A stretch of DNA of 64,000 nt, from the NCBI RefSeq assembly GCF_009914755.1, contig NC_060932.1, one strand, 5' to 3'. The notes under the pieces are model-generated. The model was not told the DNA's origin, searched no databases, and saw only the letters and a program-made list of their open reading frames with translations. Source of the DNA: the human T2T-CHM13v2.0 reference genome, Homo sapiens. The position numbers were made by a program, and so were the translations under genes. Positions 1 through 16,392 of the stretch are shown piece by piece. Position 1 is the first letter of the stretch. Every line of letters starts with the position of its first letter.

Positions 1-669
1 ATTTGAGGAAATAGTAAACGAAGGCAATGATTATTTGTATATACACAAGAGCATTGGGAACTAAGGTTGAATTTTTTTAAGGGTCACTCAGTGTTTTAGA
101 AGGATGGTCAGTAGTTCGTACCAAATTGTTCATTATAAGCCATGGTTGGCATGAGAACTGTATAGCTATGACCGCCTGTGACTTGTTCTTTTGAATCTGG
201 AAATTTCTAGGAAGCAAAAACAATCTTGAAATTTAAGCTCAGTCTGACCAAAAAAAATGCTTCTTGAATGGTGGTGGATGCTGTGAATGAAGACTTAAGG
301 AAAAGGAAAGGGAAAGCGGCAAAGTGACAACATTGCAAGCAGCCCATGGAGAAGTAACGACACCAGTTGAAGGGAAACGAGGACAAAGAATTAGTAAAGT
401 CTAAAGAGTGAGGCTGAGACTCAGGAAGTCAGATTGTCATTTTCACATGGAAAATCTCTAAAACCTGGATCTGCCCTTTCCTTTTTCCTTTATTATTTCC
501 TGTATTAAATTTATATGGGGGCTGTATGTGGTTTAGGGCTTTAAGACCCTTTCCTGGAGGAAAGATTGAACTTACTTTTCTTTTTTGGTGGTGAGACTGC
601 TGGCTGTATAAATGTAACCAGTTCTGGAACAATTTCTTCAATGGTTAAGAAATATGATTGTGCAATCAT

Positions 670-1100
670 ATCAACCAGCATGCTTTTGGTTCCAAATTAA
701 CAGAAAACCACCTCAAATTAGACAAAATTACAATAGAAAATTATTTGTATATAAACGAAAGGGCCAGCAGTAGGTCAGCGGGGTTCGATCAGGACTCTAG
801 CTCATTCTCTGCAGTTCTCTTAGCTCTATGTTCATCTGTTCATTTAAGCAGGCTTCCCTTACTGTCACAAAAGGGCAGCAGCAGTTCTAGGCCTCACATC
901 CATACACCCCACTGTCAAGGAGGAGGAGGTACTGCTCCAACTACTAAAAGCAAAAGCCTTGAACTTCACTCTACTTGGACCAAATAAGGTGCCATGGACA
1001 TCCATGAATAAATCATGGTGCCAGAGAAATGCCATGTGCTGGCTGGTTCATGTCTATTGAGGCTCACTTCTGCATTGTAGCTGGGGAGGTGGTGGTAGTG
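670..1100. mobile_element. Old ERVL-MaLR LTR remnant (MLT1J/K/L-like)
   Basis: Terminus resembling 'tgcttttggtt...aacagaaaacc.ctcaaa' and internal 'ggcagcagcagttctaggcctcacatcc' typical of late MLT1 LTRs; highly diverged. Confidence 0.45.
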
Positions 1101-1904
1101 GAGGGATACACCTTAAAAATTCATGGCGGCTTCATGATGAGGAAAGAGGGATGGGAGACTGTCTACGATGTTCATATATAAAAATCAAGACCTGATCCCA
1201 CACGCACTTGCCTATACTCTTGTCGGATTGTCTTTCACAAATTGCACAGAGGATTGATGGGTTGCCAGCAGGGGACCACTTGGTAGGTTTTAATGTACAG
1301 AGGCTGCAGGAGTGGGAGTAGGGAATAATCTTGTCAGGCTCCTACAAGCCAAAGCCTTCTGGAAGGATATTCTGAGGCTGCAGATTTTTGGCATTTAACA
1401 GCAGCTCAGGAGTAAGTTTAAGAATAATCAGTGAGGGGATGTTAATAGTAGCAGTCTAAAATTAGCCACTGAGAAGCCAAAGAATCAAAGAATTGTTGTA
1501 AGCTATGTTCAAAGGTAAAAACTAATTTGTTTCTTTTCCTTGTCTCCCCATAAGGAATTTACATGAAACTTAATGGCTTTGTGATTACATGAAGGTCTTT
1601 GCTTTCCTTCAGGCTGCATTTTTTTAGTGCTTTCTTACTAGGTAATTTTTCTCATTTGGTGAATAAAATTTATGTGTTGTAGGACTTTTTAATGTGTAAG
1701 TACCAAATCCTGAAACACTGATTTAAATGTTCTGAGATTCTGGAAGTCTAGAATAGTGAGAGATTTTTGAGTAGAAATGGCTTTATTTGTATTATGCAGC
1801 ATGGAATTGCCTAATGGCAAACATCAGAAACCTCGGCCTCTATACTGGCTTCTCTTCTGCCTCACACCACACGCCATTTCCTTTTATTTATTTATTTATT
1901 TTTT

Positions 1905-2168
1905 AATGCTCAATATTTTATTTGTATTGTTGTTTTCTATATAGATATGATAGGGCTTCATGATTTTTTGTTTTCCTTGAACTGATTCCCAAAGTATTAG
2001 CCTCATGAATCATGTATTCACAAGAAACACACTCATTGTATTCTCTTTGCTGTATAATTTTGGTTTCGGTTTTCCTTACATTTCCTATTCAAGGAACATT
2101 TTCCTGTAAAACGACATGTTGAGAGAAGCAGCCATAATTTAGTAGAGAATAGCGCGAGAGCTATTCTA
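1905..2168 (-). other. L1 3'-transduced non-L1 sequence
   Basis: Lies between the L1's own A-tail (T10 at 2169-2178) and a second A-rich tail (1888-1904), inside the TSD pair GCCATTTCCTTTTAT (1873-1887, 5071-5085); minus-strand AATAAA at 1917-1922, 12 nt before the second tail. Confidence 0.85.
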
Positions 2169-5226
<3,058 letters not shown>

Positions 5227-6397
5227 CTAACATACGTAAACTGGTCTCCTCTTTTTCTACACTGCCCCAGGCCTCAAGGGCTTACGATGATAGGTGGCCA
5301 GATTTGTCTAATTTTCTGTTTCTGCACTTTGGATTTAGTATAGCTTTCTATTGCTCGCTCTGAAACTTGAGGCAAATGATTTAATTTTTGTACTCTTTAT
5401 GTAAGACACAGATAATGCTGCCCCTTCATTACAGTACAATCAGTAGAATAAAATTAGTTAGCATACAGACATTCTTTGAATGTTACAAGGTTACACAATA
5501 AAAGAGAATTATTTAATCTCTCAGACATGTAAAATGGTCTGGAGTGTTTCAACCAGGCAGTCCTTGAATGCATCTGGGGTTTCTTTGTTATAACAGGGAT
5601 TCTTACTGAATCCTTGATACAATTCTTATTGATACACTTTGATCATTCTAATAAAAAGACAGTACCAACATGCTTCTACTTTACAAATTTATATACTGGG
5701 AAAAAAGCATATGCAAGTCTTTTGGCTGTCATTTTATAAATAGAATAGCAGTAAAATCTCACAACAGAGATCCAGCTACCATTAGCACAGTGTCTGTGAT
5801 TTCATATACTCTAATGAGCTGGGGAGAGAGAATACCTACTGTGACGTACAAAACTTAGGAATTAGGAGAAAAGGATTTTGATGGAAAGGGATGAGGAACT
5901 ATGTCCTTCTTGAGATTAATCCTAAACCCCTGATATGGTTTGTCATGAAAACCATTTAAAGTCTTTACTCAAAACTGCTAAAAAATAACATTTTATTCTG
6001 GTGGAATTCTTTGGTCCTGCATTAATCAGTATCTGTGGAAAAAGCAAACCCTCCTCTCAATCTAATGCTGCAGCAGATCACATAGGCTGATTCTGGGGCC
6101 CTTTCAGAAGTTCCAGGAAAAGAGGAGGGGTGAGCTTAGCTGGAAATAGCAAAGAGGCCCCTGTGTGACTCTAAGGGCATCATTAAAAAGGAATGTTCAA
6201 TCTCTGCAATCCCTGATTTTAAAACTACCACCACTGTGTGAATTGAAAGGCAGAGAGACATAACACTGAGGAGGCAAAAGACAGAAGACAGTATCTGAAA
6301 AAGGATTTTAAAAAGAAAATGTCTTTGTATAGAATTTTCCCCTTCATTGATCTCTGGCTCTGTTTTTTCCAAGGTTACATCTTACCCATCTCCTTAC

Positions 6398-6484
6398 CTG
6401 GACGTAAAATACTTGGTGTTGCTATCACCAGGAGGCTTATGGGCTTTATGAGTTTTGGTGTGTGTTGTAATCTTCTTCTAGTCT
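6398..6484 (-). other. Candidate 87-nt exon of an unidentified transcript
   Basis: Minus strand: gcctgctcttgtttgcttccctgcttccacag|AGAC...CCAG|gtaagg; long polypyrimidine acceptor and consensus donor in apparently unique sequence. Confidence 0.35.
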
Positions 6485-7999
6485 CTGTGGAAGCAGGGAA
6501 GCAAACAAGAGCAGGCAATTGGAGAAATTGGGGTTTTTCTTTTGCTTTGTTTTTGTTTTTGCCTCCTTTGCCCAGACTCTAAACAGAGTTGTGTGAGAAA
6601 AGAATTCTGGAGAAGAAAGGGCTGGCTGGTTGTCCTCTCCTGGCCTGGGTCATTTAATCTCATCAACCAAAGTCGCAACTGATTTTCTCACATCCCTGAG
6701 TTCAGAAACCATTCTACTTTCCCATGAAACCCATAACTGTAAACACTGTTGATTTAAAGTAGTTTCTATTTGAGACATCTCTTTTTCCAGTATCCCATTC
6801 TACTCTCTTCAACTATTCCCACAAATGTTACAGGGCAGGAAACATGGATGAGCACAGCAATGACTGGTCAGCTCCAGACCTTGGTCACTTCTAATTTAAG
6901 GCTCATGGAGCACAGATCATGACAAAGAACTCAGAGGACTCTTGGTGATGTGATATCCCCATGTGATGCTGGGTTGTGAGCCTGATCTTATGACGATGTT
7001 GAGGTGGAAAGAGTTCTCAAGTTCATGTCATCAATGTAGGGTTCAAGGCTTGGCTCAGTCTTTAACCTCCCCAATGTCTGGTTATCTATAAAAGGGTGTA
7101 AACTCACCTCTGTAAGAGAGCCTTGGAGGGATTCAATGAGAATAGAAATGAAGGCTCCTTGTAAAGAAGTCATATGCTATATGAAAATGAGGATCTGTAT
7201 GGGCCTACAACCCATGGGATTTTAAGGATGGCCTTTGTGAGTTTGGTGGAGTTTCTTAATGGTCCAGAAGAACAGAGTGCTGGAGCCAAATGGATGTGTC
7301 ACTGGGGCTAGGCCTTTGGATCTAGGCAAAGTATTTCCAAATAATTTGGCATCAAAGCCTGACTCACTTGGGGGAGCTGAGGCAGTACGATGCCATTTTC
7401 TCCAAACTGTAAAATCAAAAAATGAAGAATATGATCCTATGTTCTATTTCTACCTCCCATCTCCCTACCCTTAATCTCTCAATTTATTTTGCTTAAACAC
7501 ATGGTGTCTCCGGATTCAGGACTGGCAGGAACAGGAGCAATGGCTCAGAAGAGTATGGTTGCAAATCTCAACTAGGGTGAGGAAGATACAAACTGGGAAA
7601 TATTTGATTATAAATTCTTTCCTCTTCTTCCATTTTCATCCAGAAAGAAATAGTGATAAAAAATATTAAAAAGGTAACTTAAAAAATGCTTGATAGGAAG
7701 TCCTTCGTGATTACAGCAGACTTGTGATTGTGAATAGGAATAAACTATTGCATATCTCTGAAAAATAATCTGATGTTGCTGGAGAATAAAGAAAATGTAA
7801 CTATATAATTCTTAACTAGGACAAAGAAGTAAACACACAAACCAACAAATATCTGTGTTATAAACCTAGCAGTTTAAAAAATATCCTTTACTTTCTCTAA
7901 AAGATGAGAAGTATCAGAAGAAGAGGTTTTATAAGTCAATAGCAATGATAAATTGTTCAACCCATCTTCCTTGCTAAGGGTAGGCTCTCTCCACACCTG

Positions 8000-9650
8000 A
8001 TGTGGTGTGTTCACTGGTATCTCCAGCAACCAGCCCAGCTCTTGCTTCCTGATAGGCCTTCAGCAAATGTCTGTTGAATCAAAGTTTCTTTAAACCTAGA
8101 AGGTTCTAAACTACTTTTTGTAGGTAGAATACAGATACTCAGGATAGCTAAATGCTTTTCCAATACCTTGTCTTCTCTTTCTCCTGTCTTTCTGTCCTCC
8201 CTCCACGCAAGCTCTAATGACTCCACTGGTTCTGCAGGACCTGCCAAGTAGACTCCTTACTCTACTTTCTCCTCATGCCAGTGCACTCTCCCTGCAGCCA
8301 CCAGGAGAGGCTTTGTGAGATGCACCTTTGATCATGTATTCACTAAATAAATATTTCCTGAGTTCCCGCCTCCTGCCAGCCATGACTCTAGGTTCTGAAG
8401 ATCCTGTTACCAACCTCCTCTCCTGCCTTCCTCACCCATCCCACATGCTGGTTTTTCAGCCACACTGGCGTCCTTTTCGTTTCCTTGGAGTGGTGTGCTG
8501 ACTCAGACCTTTCTTGTCTTTTTTGTTCCTCCTACAGCGAATACTCTTCCCTACCTTACTGGTCTGAAGAATTCCTATTCATCTTATAACACCCACCTAA
8601 CAGAATTTTTTTAAAGGCTTCTTGATCTTTCTTCCTATCTAACTCCATCTGAGGTTTGCCACTGCTTTGTGTATCATAAGTGCTGCAACATGTATTGTGC
8701 TGATTGTAATGCTTTCTTTTTATGACTGTCTCCCTGGCTGCAGCACAAACTTTCTTAGGTCAGGGGTTAGTTCTTGTGCACCTTGGTGTGCCCAGAACCT
8801 TCAATGGTACATAATAAGGTATGTCATATACATTTGTTAAACGAATAGCTGCACAGATGTAATTTACAAAATCAGCTTCCCTGTGGATCCTCCCCCGTAC
8901 CCACCTCTAAACATCATTTCTCAGGGCCTCATTCTCTTTTTATGCCACAACTCTCTCCCTAGGGAGTTTCAATCTAATCTCATTACTTCAACACTCTTTA
9001 TGTTGATAACACCCCATCATTTATCTCCACATCAAACCTCTCTTCCTAGTTCCTGCTCACATATTCAACTGTACGTCTAACTGCTCATCTCTTCCTGATG
9101 TCTCCCAGACATCTCAAACAGAATGGCCAACAATGAAGTTAATCTTCCCCTCAAACCCACTTTTCCATTTTGTTACTAAAAATCCAGACCCCTAAGCCAG
9201 AAAGTGAGGTCCTGTCTTTGAAAGTTCCTTCTTTTTCAACCCAACATCTCATCCATCACCAAATCTAGGACATTCTGCTTGTCACACAGAACTTGAGTCT
9301 TTCTTCCTCCTCTCCCCTCTGCTGCTCCTCTCTCATTCTCTTTTGTCTGGACTACACAGCAGCTTCCTACCTGGTCTCTCTGATATCATCTTGCCCCTTT
9401 CAATCTACTCTCCACAAAGCAGGAAAATTGTATTTTTAAAAATTACAAATGGCACCCTATCTCTTTTGATTAAATTTCTTCAGTATGTTTCCATTCATGA
9501 AATATAAAACTCTTTTCAAATTCTTAGCATGGGCTGCAAGCCCTATGCTGGCTGGCCCTGCCTTCCTCTCCATGCGTTTCTTGTTCCCCTCCCACTGCTC
9601 TCTTTATGCTCCAGATAGGCAGGCCTCTTTTCGCTCTATAAAGGGCCTGG
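8000..9650 (+). mobile_element. LINE-2 fragments (several pieces)
   Basis: L2 3' ends ('cagcaaatgtctgttgaat', 'catttgttaaacgaatag') and L2 body motifs ('ccatcaccaaatc', 'ctggactac..cagcttcctacctggtctc'). Confidence 0.65.
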
Positions 9651-10550
9651 AGTCTCCCTTCCAAATGGAAGCAGATACATAATAGAGTTCAAATTCAGAT
9701 TACACCAGTCATCAGTGGATGCTGAGATTCACTTGATTAAACCATGGCTTCCAGTCATCATGCATACTACAGAAATTGCTAATTAAGAGACAAGGCAATG
9801 CTATATATGCGTAACTCAGCACTACACGTAAAGTGGGAAAGGAATTTACCAACCTATTTATTTGAGTTAAAATTAGCTAGAGTAATTTTGGATATAATTT
9901 ATCTTGGAAAAAAATGAGACTAATTATAACATTGGCTGCTTTAAGATAGATAAGTCTTTCTCCTCTGATGCACACCAATAAAATATTATTGCTTTCTTCC
10001 AATCTCTTTCAGAGTCTCCTGGCGCTTGGATTATTATTGAAAATATATTATATGTTGGAGAAAGGCAAATCTATGCTTTAATAACCACAAAACTAATCAC
10101 ATTTGCAAAACTGCCCTGAGGTCCTACTCTACATTTCAACAAGGTAGTCAATCAGCTGAATGCTTGAAGCAAAACTTTACATTCCCCAAAGTGTCCTATT
10201 CACAAATTCCACCAATGCAATATATTTTCACATTTATCATAAGTAATAAATAAATCACATGTTGTTATCAAGATGCAAAGCACATTTTATAAAACGTTGC
10301 CTATTCCCTTCATTGCATTTCTTTTATTGCTTAGAGATTTTACCCAGTGATAAGGCAAAATGATTTTCAAAAAATGAATTGGATAAGATAGCAACCTTTA
10401 AAATATTATTTCCCTCTACCGTGGAAAAGTTTCATTGCTGTAGTCAGTGTTTTAATAATCTAGGTAGAAAGCAGTTACAGAGGCATGTAATTTCAAATCT
10501 AGTTCAGAATCAGCAAAAGCAAATCCCAAGTGGTCTGATTTTATTATGTA

Positions 10551-10753
10551 AGGGAGGCAGTGTAGCATAATGGAAAGGCTTTAGATTTTGGATTCAGAAA
10601 ACCTAAGTCTGATTCACTATGGCAGCATAAATTTGGGCAGATTTTTTGTGCCCCAGGTTTCTCTGGAGATTATTATATCTACTAGTAGGGTGGTGAGAAT
10701 TAAATGACCTTATCCACCAATGTAGTATTTGGCACATGGTAAAAGTTAATTAT
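10551..10753 (+). mobile_element. MIR SINE
   Basis: 'aggcagtgtagcataatggaaagg...tggattcagaaaacct...ggcacatggtaa'. Confidence 0.65.
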
Positions 10754-10755
10754 TG

Positions 10756-10759
<4 letters not shown>

Positions 10760-10786
<27 letters not shown>

Positions 10787-11082
10787 GAGACAGAGTCTCA
10801 CTCTGTCACCCAAGCTGGAGCAGAGTGTCTCAATCTTGGCTCACTGCAGCCTTGACCTCCCAGGCTCAAGTGATCTTCCCACCTCAGGCTCCTGAATAGC
10901 TGAGACTGCAGGCACACGGCATCATGCCCGGCTCATTTTTTTTTTTTTTTTTTTTTTTTGTAGAGATGAGGTTTCACCGTGTTGCCCAGGCTGGTCTTGA
11001 ACTCCTGGGCTCAAGTGATGTGCCTGCCTTAGGCTCCCACAAGGCTAGGAAGGATTACAGGAACGAACCTCTATGCCCGGCC
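10760..11082 (-). mobile_element. AluJ
   Basis: Dimeric Alu with J-type 'ctcctgggctcaagtgat'; long T tracts at tail and linker. Confidence 0.9.
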
Positions 11083-11459
11083 TGTATTACAGTTTTAACG
11101 AATTGTAAGGGTGCTTTCCACCTTCCCCTAATCCTGTTTGCTAAGGAAAATGCCAAGCAGCCTTTGGTATTCATATCACTGAGTAATTACAGTTGATGTG
11201 GTGATTGATTCCATCGGTTTTCCAAAGGATGTGAATTTTCTGGAAAGGACAGGTTTATTTTGTTATAGTTCACTTGAAAGTTTAGTGACTTTGGCCTTAG
11301 GACTATTGCCAGTAATCTGGATTAACATCCCTTGGTTGTCACAGAATTCTGGGATTACTGTTGACCTATATGGCTTCCATTTACAATGTCATTCTAAAGG
11401 GACAGAGCTTTTTGTGTAACTATATGATTTATGGCCTTTCTGGAAAGCAAAGTACTAGT

Positions 11460-11885
11460 TCATCCCTTTAGTCATTTATTCAAGTATTTACTGAATGTTC
11501 TAAGGAAATGCTCACACACAATAAGTAAAATATACAGAGTGAAAGATGATGAAGAACAAAGCAGGGGAGGAGAACACAGAGTGCCAGGTGAAGGTCTTCT
11601 AATTTTAGATATGGCGGTCAAGGAAGGTGTAATTGAGAAGGTATCAGAGGAAAGCCACATGGACCTCTGGGGGAGGAATGTTTCAGGCAGGGAGAAGAGC
11701 AAATGCAGAGGCCAAGACGTGGGAACGCAGCTGGTGATTGAGGAAGTGGCCATTGTGGCTGGAGTAGAGTAGGGTGGTAGAGTGGTACAGAGGCGGGAGG
11801 GAGGCAGGCCTGGAAGCCTGTTGCAAGGACTGTGGCTTTAATCCAAGGGACCGAGGAAGCCGCTGTGTGATCTGAGTGGAACAAA
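11460..11885 (-). mobile_element. LINE-2 fragment
   Basis: 'tcatttattcaagtatttactgaatg' 3' end; 'gaatgtttcaggcagggagaagagcaaatgcagagg'. Confidence 0.7.
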
Positions 11886-12190
11886 GGAACTTCAGGAAGG
11901 CTAGCCTTCTCAGGCAGCAGGAAGCATCTTGCTCCTGTAGTTTCTGCAGCCTGCCTTCAGGGCTGGCCCCACAGCAGGTTCCCTCAAAGCTCAAGTATCC
12001 AATGAGTCCTTTGGATCCCATGCAAACTGTGGGTCACTGTAAAGCCATCTCAACTCAGAGACTGCTTTATTACAGTGCAAGAGAATTGGGGGTAAAAGCT
12101 AGAAGAGTCAAGTCAGTTCCACAGCATATGTTCTAGAACTTTTTGAGAAATGAGAAATCTTAAACAGAGCAAGCAGGGATAGAGAGAATA

Positions 12191-12426
12191 AACAATAACT
12201 CCTCATTCCCCTTCTTCCCAGGCCCTGGCAACCACTATTCTACTGTCTGTCTCTATGAACTTGACTACTCTGGGTACCTCATGTAAGTGGAATCATATAA
12301 TCTTTGTCTTTCTGCGTCTAGTTTACTTCACGTAGCATAATGTCTTTAAGGTTCATCCATGTTGTAGCATGTGTAAGAATTTCCTTCCTTTTTAAGGCTG
12401 AGTCATATTCCATTGCATGGATACAC
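12191..12426 (-). mobile_element. Old L1 (L1MB-like) 3' fragment
   Basis: 'ccctggcaaccactattctact...gtggaatcatata...ggttcatccatgttgtagcatgtg'. Confidence 0.8.
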
Positions 12427-12850
12427 CTAAGCTCTTTGAAAATCTACTCCTTCAGCCCAGCAACACCATCTTGAATGTTCCTTCATCCATTCACCACCAC
12501 CCCCTCCTAAGACCATGATTTTGGTGCAGGTTCTGGGGGAGGCAGGTAGTTGAAAACAGGGGAGAGAAGGAAGGCATTCAGGATGGATGGCATTGGATAT
12601 AAGGTTAGAGTTAGAGAGAGTAGCATGTAAGAGTGTTATCTCCTGATGGCTTCTATTTCTTCTTGGAGGGAGAAGTTAATTTACAAAGAATGCATCAGGT
12701 GACAAGAAACCTACAGTCTCCCAGGACAGTCCATCCCAATTCTGTCTCCATCTTGAGTACCAGCCCTGTTCTTCCAGTTTTGTGGAACAAGGTCATAAAG
12801 AGTGATGTTATTCTAGAAAATGAGAAATGAGACTACATATATACACACAC

Positions 12851-13110
12851 GTATATGTATATATAGAATACATACACACACGTATATGTATATATAGAAT
12901 ACATACACACGTATATGTATATATAGAATACATACACACGTATATGTATATATAGAATACATACACATGTATATGTATATAATACATACACACGTATATG
13001 TATATATAGAATACATACACATGTATATGTATATATAGATACATACACACGTATATGTATATATAGAATACATACACACATGTATATGTATATATAGAAT
13101 ATATACACAT
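12851..13110. repeat. Minisatellite, 9 copies of ~29-bp GTATATGTATATATAGAATACATACACAC
   Basis: Directly visible tandem units of 25-31 bp. Confidence 0.95.
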
Positions 13111-13800
13111 ATATATTCTAAAGTAGGGAATACTACTCCTGCGATTAATGATTTATCGCTTATTTGGTCTTTATGATAAAGCGCTTTATTATTGTGTTGT
13201 TTTAATGTGTGTATCAAAGGGATACAATGTGCTGCAGGAGCACCTTGGAAAGTTATTTGATGTCAGGAATACAGAGGCAGATCTCTCCTCTCCCCTACTA
13301 ACCCTCTGAACAAAGCGGTTTCTTAACAACCTCAATTAGAGCTGAATCACACTGAGGTGAGGGGAAGCAGGAGAAGACAGATGAGAGGAAAAAGAAGAAG
13401 TGCACCAAAGTCAAAGTCTGTTCTCTAAGAAACAGGCAAGTGAGGCTGCGGGCCACTGTTGGTGACAGAGCCCATTTCCTGACAACCCTCCAGAAGACGT
13501 CATGGCAATTCCCTACCTACTACCTGCCCTTTCTATGAAGAGTTCTCTATTCAGGACTTGAAAAATAAAAACTAAATGTATGCACTGCATTAACTAACTC
13601 AGAGAAAAACAGCTCTAAACCTCAAGGCAAATATAAAACAGAGATGAAATAACAACTGAAAACCAGTAAAGAGCTTTTAAAATTTATAATGTGTAGGTAC
13701 TATGGATTCGGTTAAGCCTGGTTAGTTCTTTTAGCCTGTTAGCCAGTTATCAGAATCACCCAACTAGACTCTTTGATCTGCTTGAGGTAGCAAGCACAAA

Positions 13801-14259
13801 CTTTTTTTTATTTTAATTTTTAAGTTCTGGGGTACATGTGCAGGATGTGCAGGTTTGTTACATAGTTAAACATGTGCCACGATGGTTTGCTGCACCTATC
13901 AACTCATCACCTAGGTATTAAGCCCAACATGCATTAGCTATTTTTCCTAATGCTCTCACTCCCCCACCCCACTCCCCAACAGGCCCCATTGTATGTTGTT
14001 CCCTTCCCTGTGTCCATGTGTTCTCATTGGTCAGCTCCCACTTATAAATGAGAACATGAGGTGTTTGGTTTTCTCTTCCCGCGTTAGTTGGCTGGGGATA
14101 ATGGCTTCCAGCTCCATCAATATTCTTGCAAAGGACATGATCTCATTCCTTTTTTACGGCTGCATAGGATTCCATGGTGTATATGTACCACATTTTCTTT
14201 GTCCAGTCTATCATTGATGGGCATTTGGGTTGATTCCACATCTTTGCTATTGTGAATAG
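13801..14259 (-). mobile_element. L1PA8/PA10-like 3' end, 5'-truncated
   Basis: 3'UTR 'ggtacatgtgcaggatgtgcaggtttgttac'; TSD GCAAGCACAAA at 13790-13800 and 14260-14270. Confidence 0.9.
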
Positions 14260-14354
14260 GCAAGCACAAATTTTATGGACAACATTGAAAGCCTCCAACA
14301 TAATGTTTTGTGCTACTAAACAATGAATTCCTTAATTCTTGCTATCTAGGTGGA

Positions 14355-14730
14355 AACATAGGTTACATGATGTAAGTAATGGAAACCCCTTCCAAGATAG
14401 TGAAGCAGGAGGGGGCCTTTATTGGAAGGATACAGGGGCATCTTAGAGAATTTGAGGAAAAGTTGAGCAACTAAGTCTTGGACAGAACAGAAATGAAGGT
14501 TCTCATTTTAAAGTTTTAAAGTTCTCATCTTAAAGTTTATAGACATTCATTCATTGTGGTGGTCTCACAAATGATGGGACTCAGCTCCTAAGTTTAGACA
14601 TTTTCTCTTCAAGCGACCAGCAAAAACTAAGACTGCCATTCTTAAATTCCACCTTGCGAGGTGAGAGACTTTGATTCGATGGTTCAGGGTCAGGGGTCAC
14701 CCAGATCTACCCCTAACATTTGTAGGAGCT
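14355..14730. mobile_element. Old MaLR LTR remnant (MLT1K/L-like)
   Basis: 'tttattggaaggatacaggggcatctt' and general layout; very diverged. Confidence 0.35.
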
Positions 14731-16179
14731 GGATCAAGAGTGTAATTGGAGACTTTCATGCCAAATGTGTAAATATTATAAAAGTTACAAATAAAGGCAA
14801 TAAGATGGTAAAATGTTCTATTCTTTTGACAGGCATACTTTCCTAACAGCCTGGAAGTCCAGGTTCAAATTTAGAATTTTTGGATTCCATGGGGTACTGT
14901 GCCCAAATGTAGCAATACAGAGAGAGGGCTGGCCTCTAGCCCACTGTGCACCTGCTGCCTTCTCCCACACCTGGCTCATGAATAACCCACTTTGTATATC
15001 CAAGCTCCAGAAACAGCCCCTCAAATCTCCTGCCCCCTGCCTTTTTTTTCTTTTTCTTTTAACCATTTGGGCCTAAGACTGCAAGGCTCATGTGGGCTCT
15101 AGAAGTGAGTTTGAGGTTGTTTGGGTGTGGATTTCAGGGCCTCAAATTTCCCAGTCAATGGAAAAGGTACACTTTGAGTAGGATGGGGTTCAAGTGGAGA
15201 AGGGCAGAGCATGACACAAAGGGCATAGGTCTGTCTCACCCAGGAATTAAGCTGTGATACTAGGAAAAACTATTACTCTGGTTGTACTTGGGCAATCGTG
15301 TATCATGTTATTACAAGGCAAGTTTAATGTATTAAGCAATAGAAAAGGAAGCTTATACTCAGAGAGTTTACTTATACACTAAACCAAAAGAGATCAAAAT
15401 TACCTAGGTACTACCTAGGAAAGGGCGAGGCAGAAAGCAATGGTTACAGTAACCCAGAAAATCCCAAGCAACTTTTCTTCTTACTTCTGAAGTTAAAACT
15501 GCTTACGCTTCTGGAAAAAAAAATCGGCAAAGTTTTCACTTTTAAAGGCCAGGTAGACTATCAATGCCTGTTTTGTAGCTTTGCTCTACAAGATTTCTAT
15601 TTCTTCACGGGAAAAACAAAACAAAACAAAACACCAACAACATCCAAAAAACATTCAGGTTAAAAGTCTGCTAAACTTTTGTTCCATTACGTTTGTCTTC
15701 TGAGTTCCTTAGTAGGTACATCTATATGCAATAATGATCTTTAGGACCTTGCGTGACCGAGTTTCTTCATGAAGTGGTAATTTCCCATTTGCTGACCTCA
15801 ATTTTCAGTGCTGAAATTGAGTAGTATGACTCCAACAGAATGGGAAAATGGCACAGTAGCACATCTCTCAGGAAACTGTCAGTGTAAGTAACTCCAAGTA
15901 CAAGAAGTGAAAACAAAAGATGAAACACTCTGTTGGGGCATAACTATTCTGAAAATTCTTTAAAAATAAGTAGAAAACCTCTTCAAGTTGATCATGGCTA
16001 AAGAATACAGTCCAACTTTATGTCAATTTTTCTCATCTTCTTGCTTCTTTCTAGACTCCCACATGTATGGCATTTTTCTTTTTATGGCTTTGCTTTAATT
16101 GTACCATTTCCTTTGTCCTAGACCTTCCCATGGGACAGCAATGATTTGTTTGCTATGGCAATGATTCTCAAACATGCAG

Positions 16180-16392
16180 GCAATAAAGTTTGAGCATGAG
16201 CTTTGGAATCCAAAAGCTCGGGGTATAATAAGTTCTAGTTCTTCCACTGACAAGCTACTTAACCTCTCTAGTCGGTAGTTTCCTCATCTGTAAAATGGGC
16301 CTATCACACTGGGTTGTGGTGCAGATTAGATGAATTAAGGGTAAAGGTTTAGTGCAGTTCCTGACAAATGTTAAACCTTCAATAGGTAGTTA
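16180..16392 (+). mobile_element. MIR SINE
   Basis: Core 'acttaacctctct...agtttcctcatctgtaaaatggg'. Confidence 0.8.

Noticed and set aside
12808-13217. Three overlapping Y/I/C/V-rich ORFs and a superficially CRISPR-like array
   Set aside because: Translations of a stop-free tandem repeat; no unique spacers and no cas genes; eukaryotic DNA
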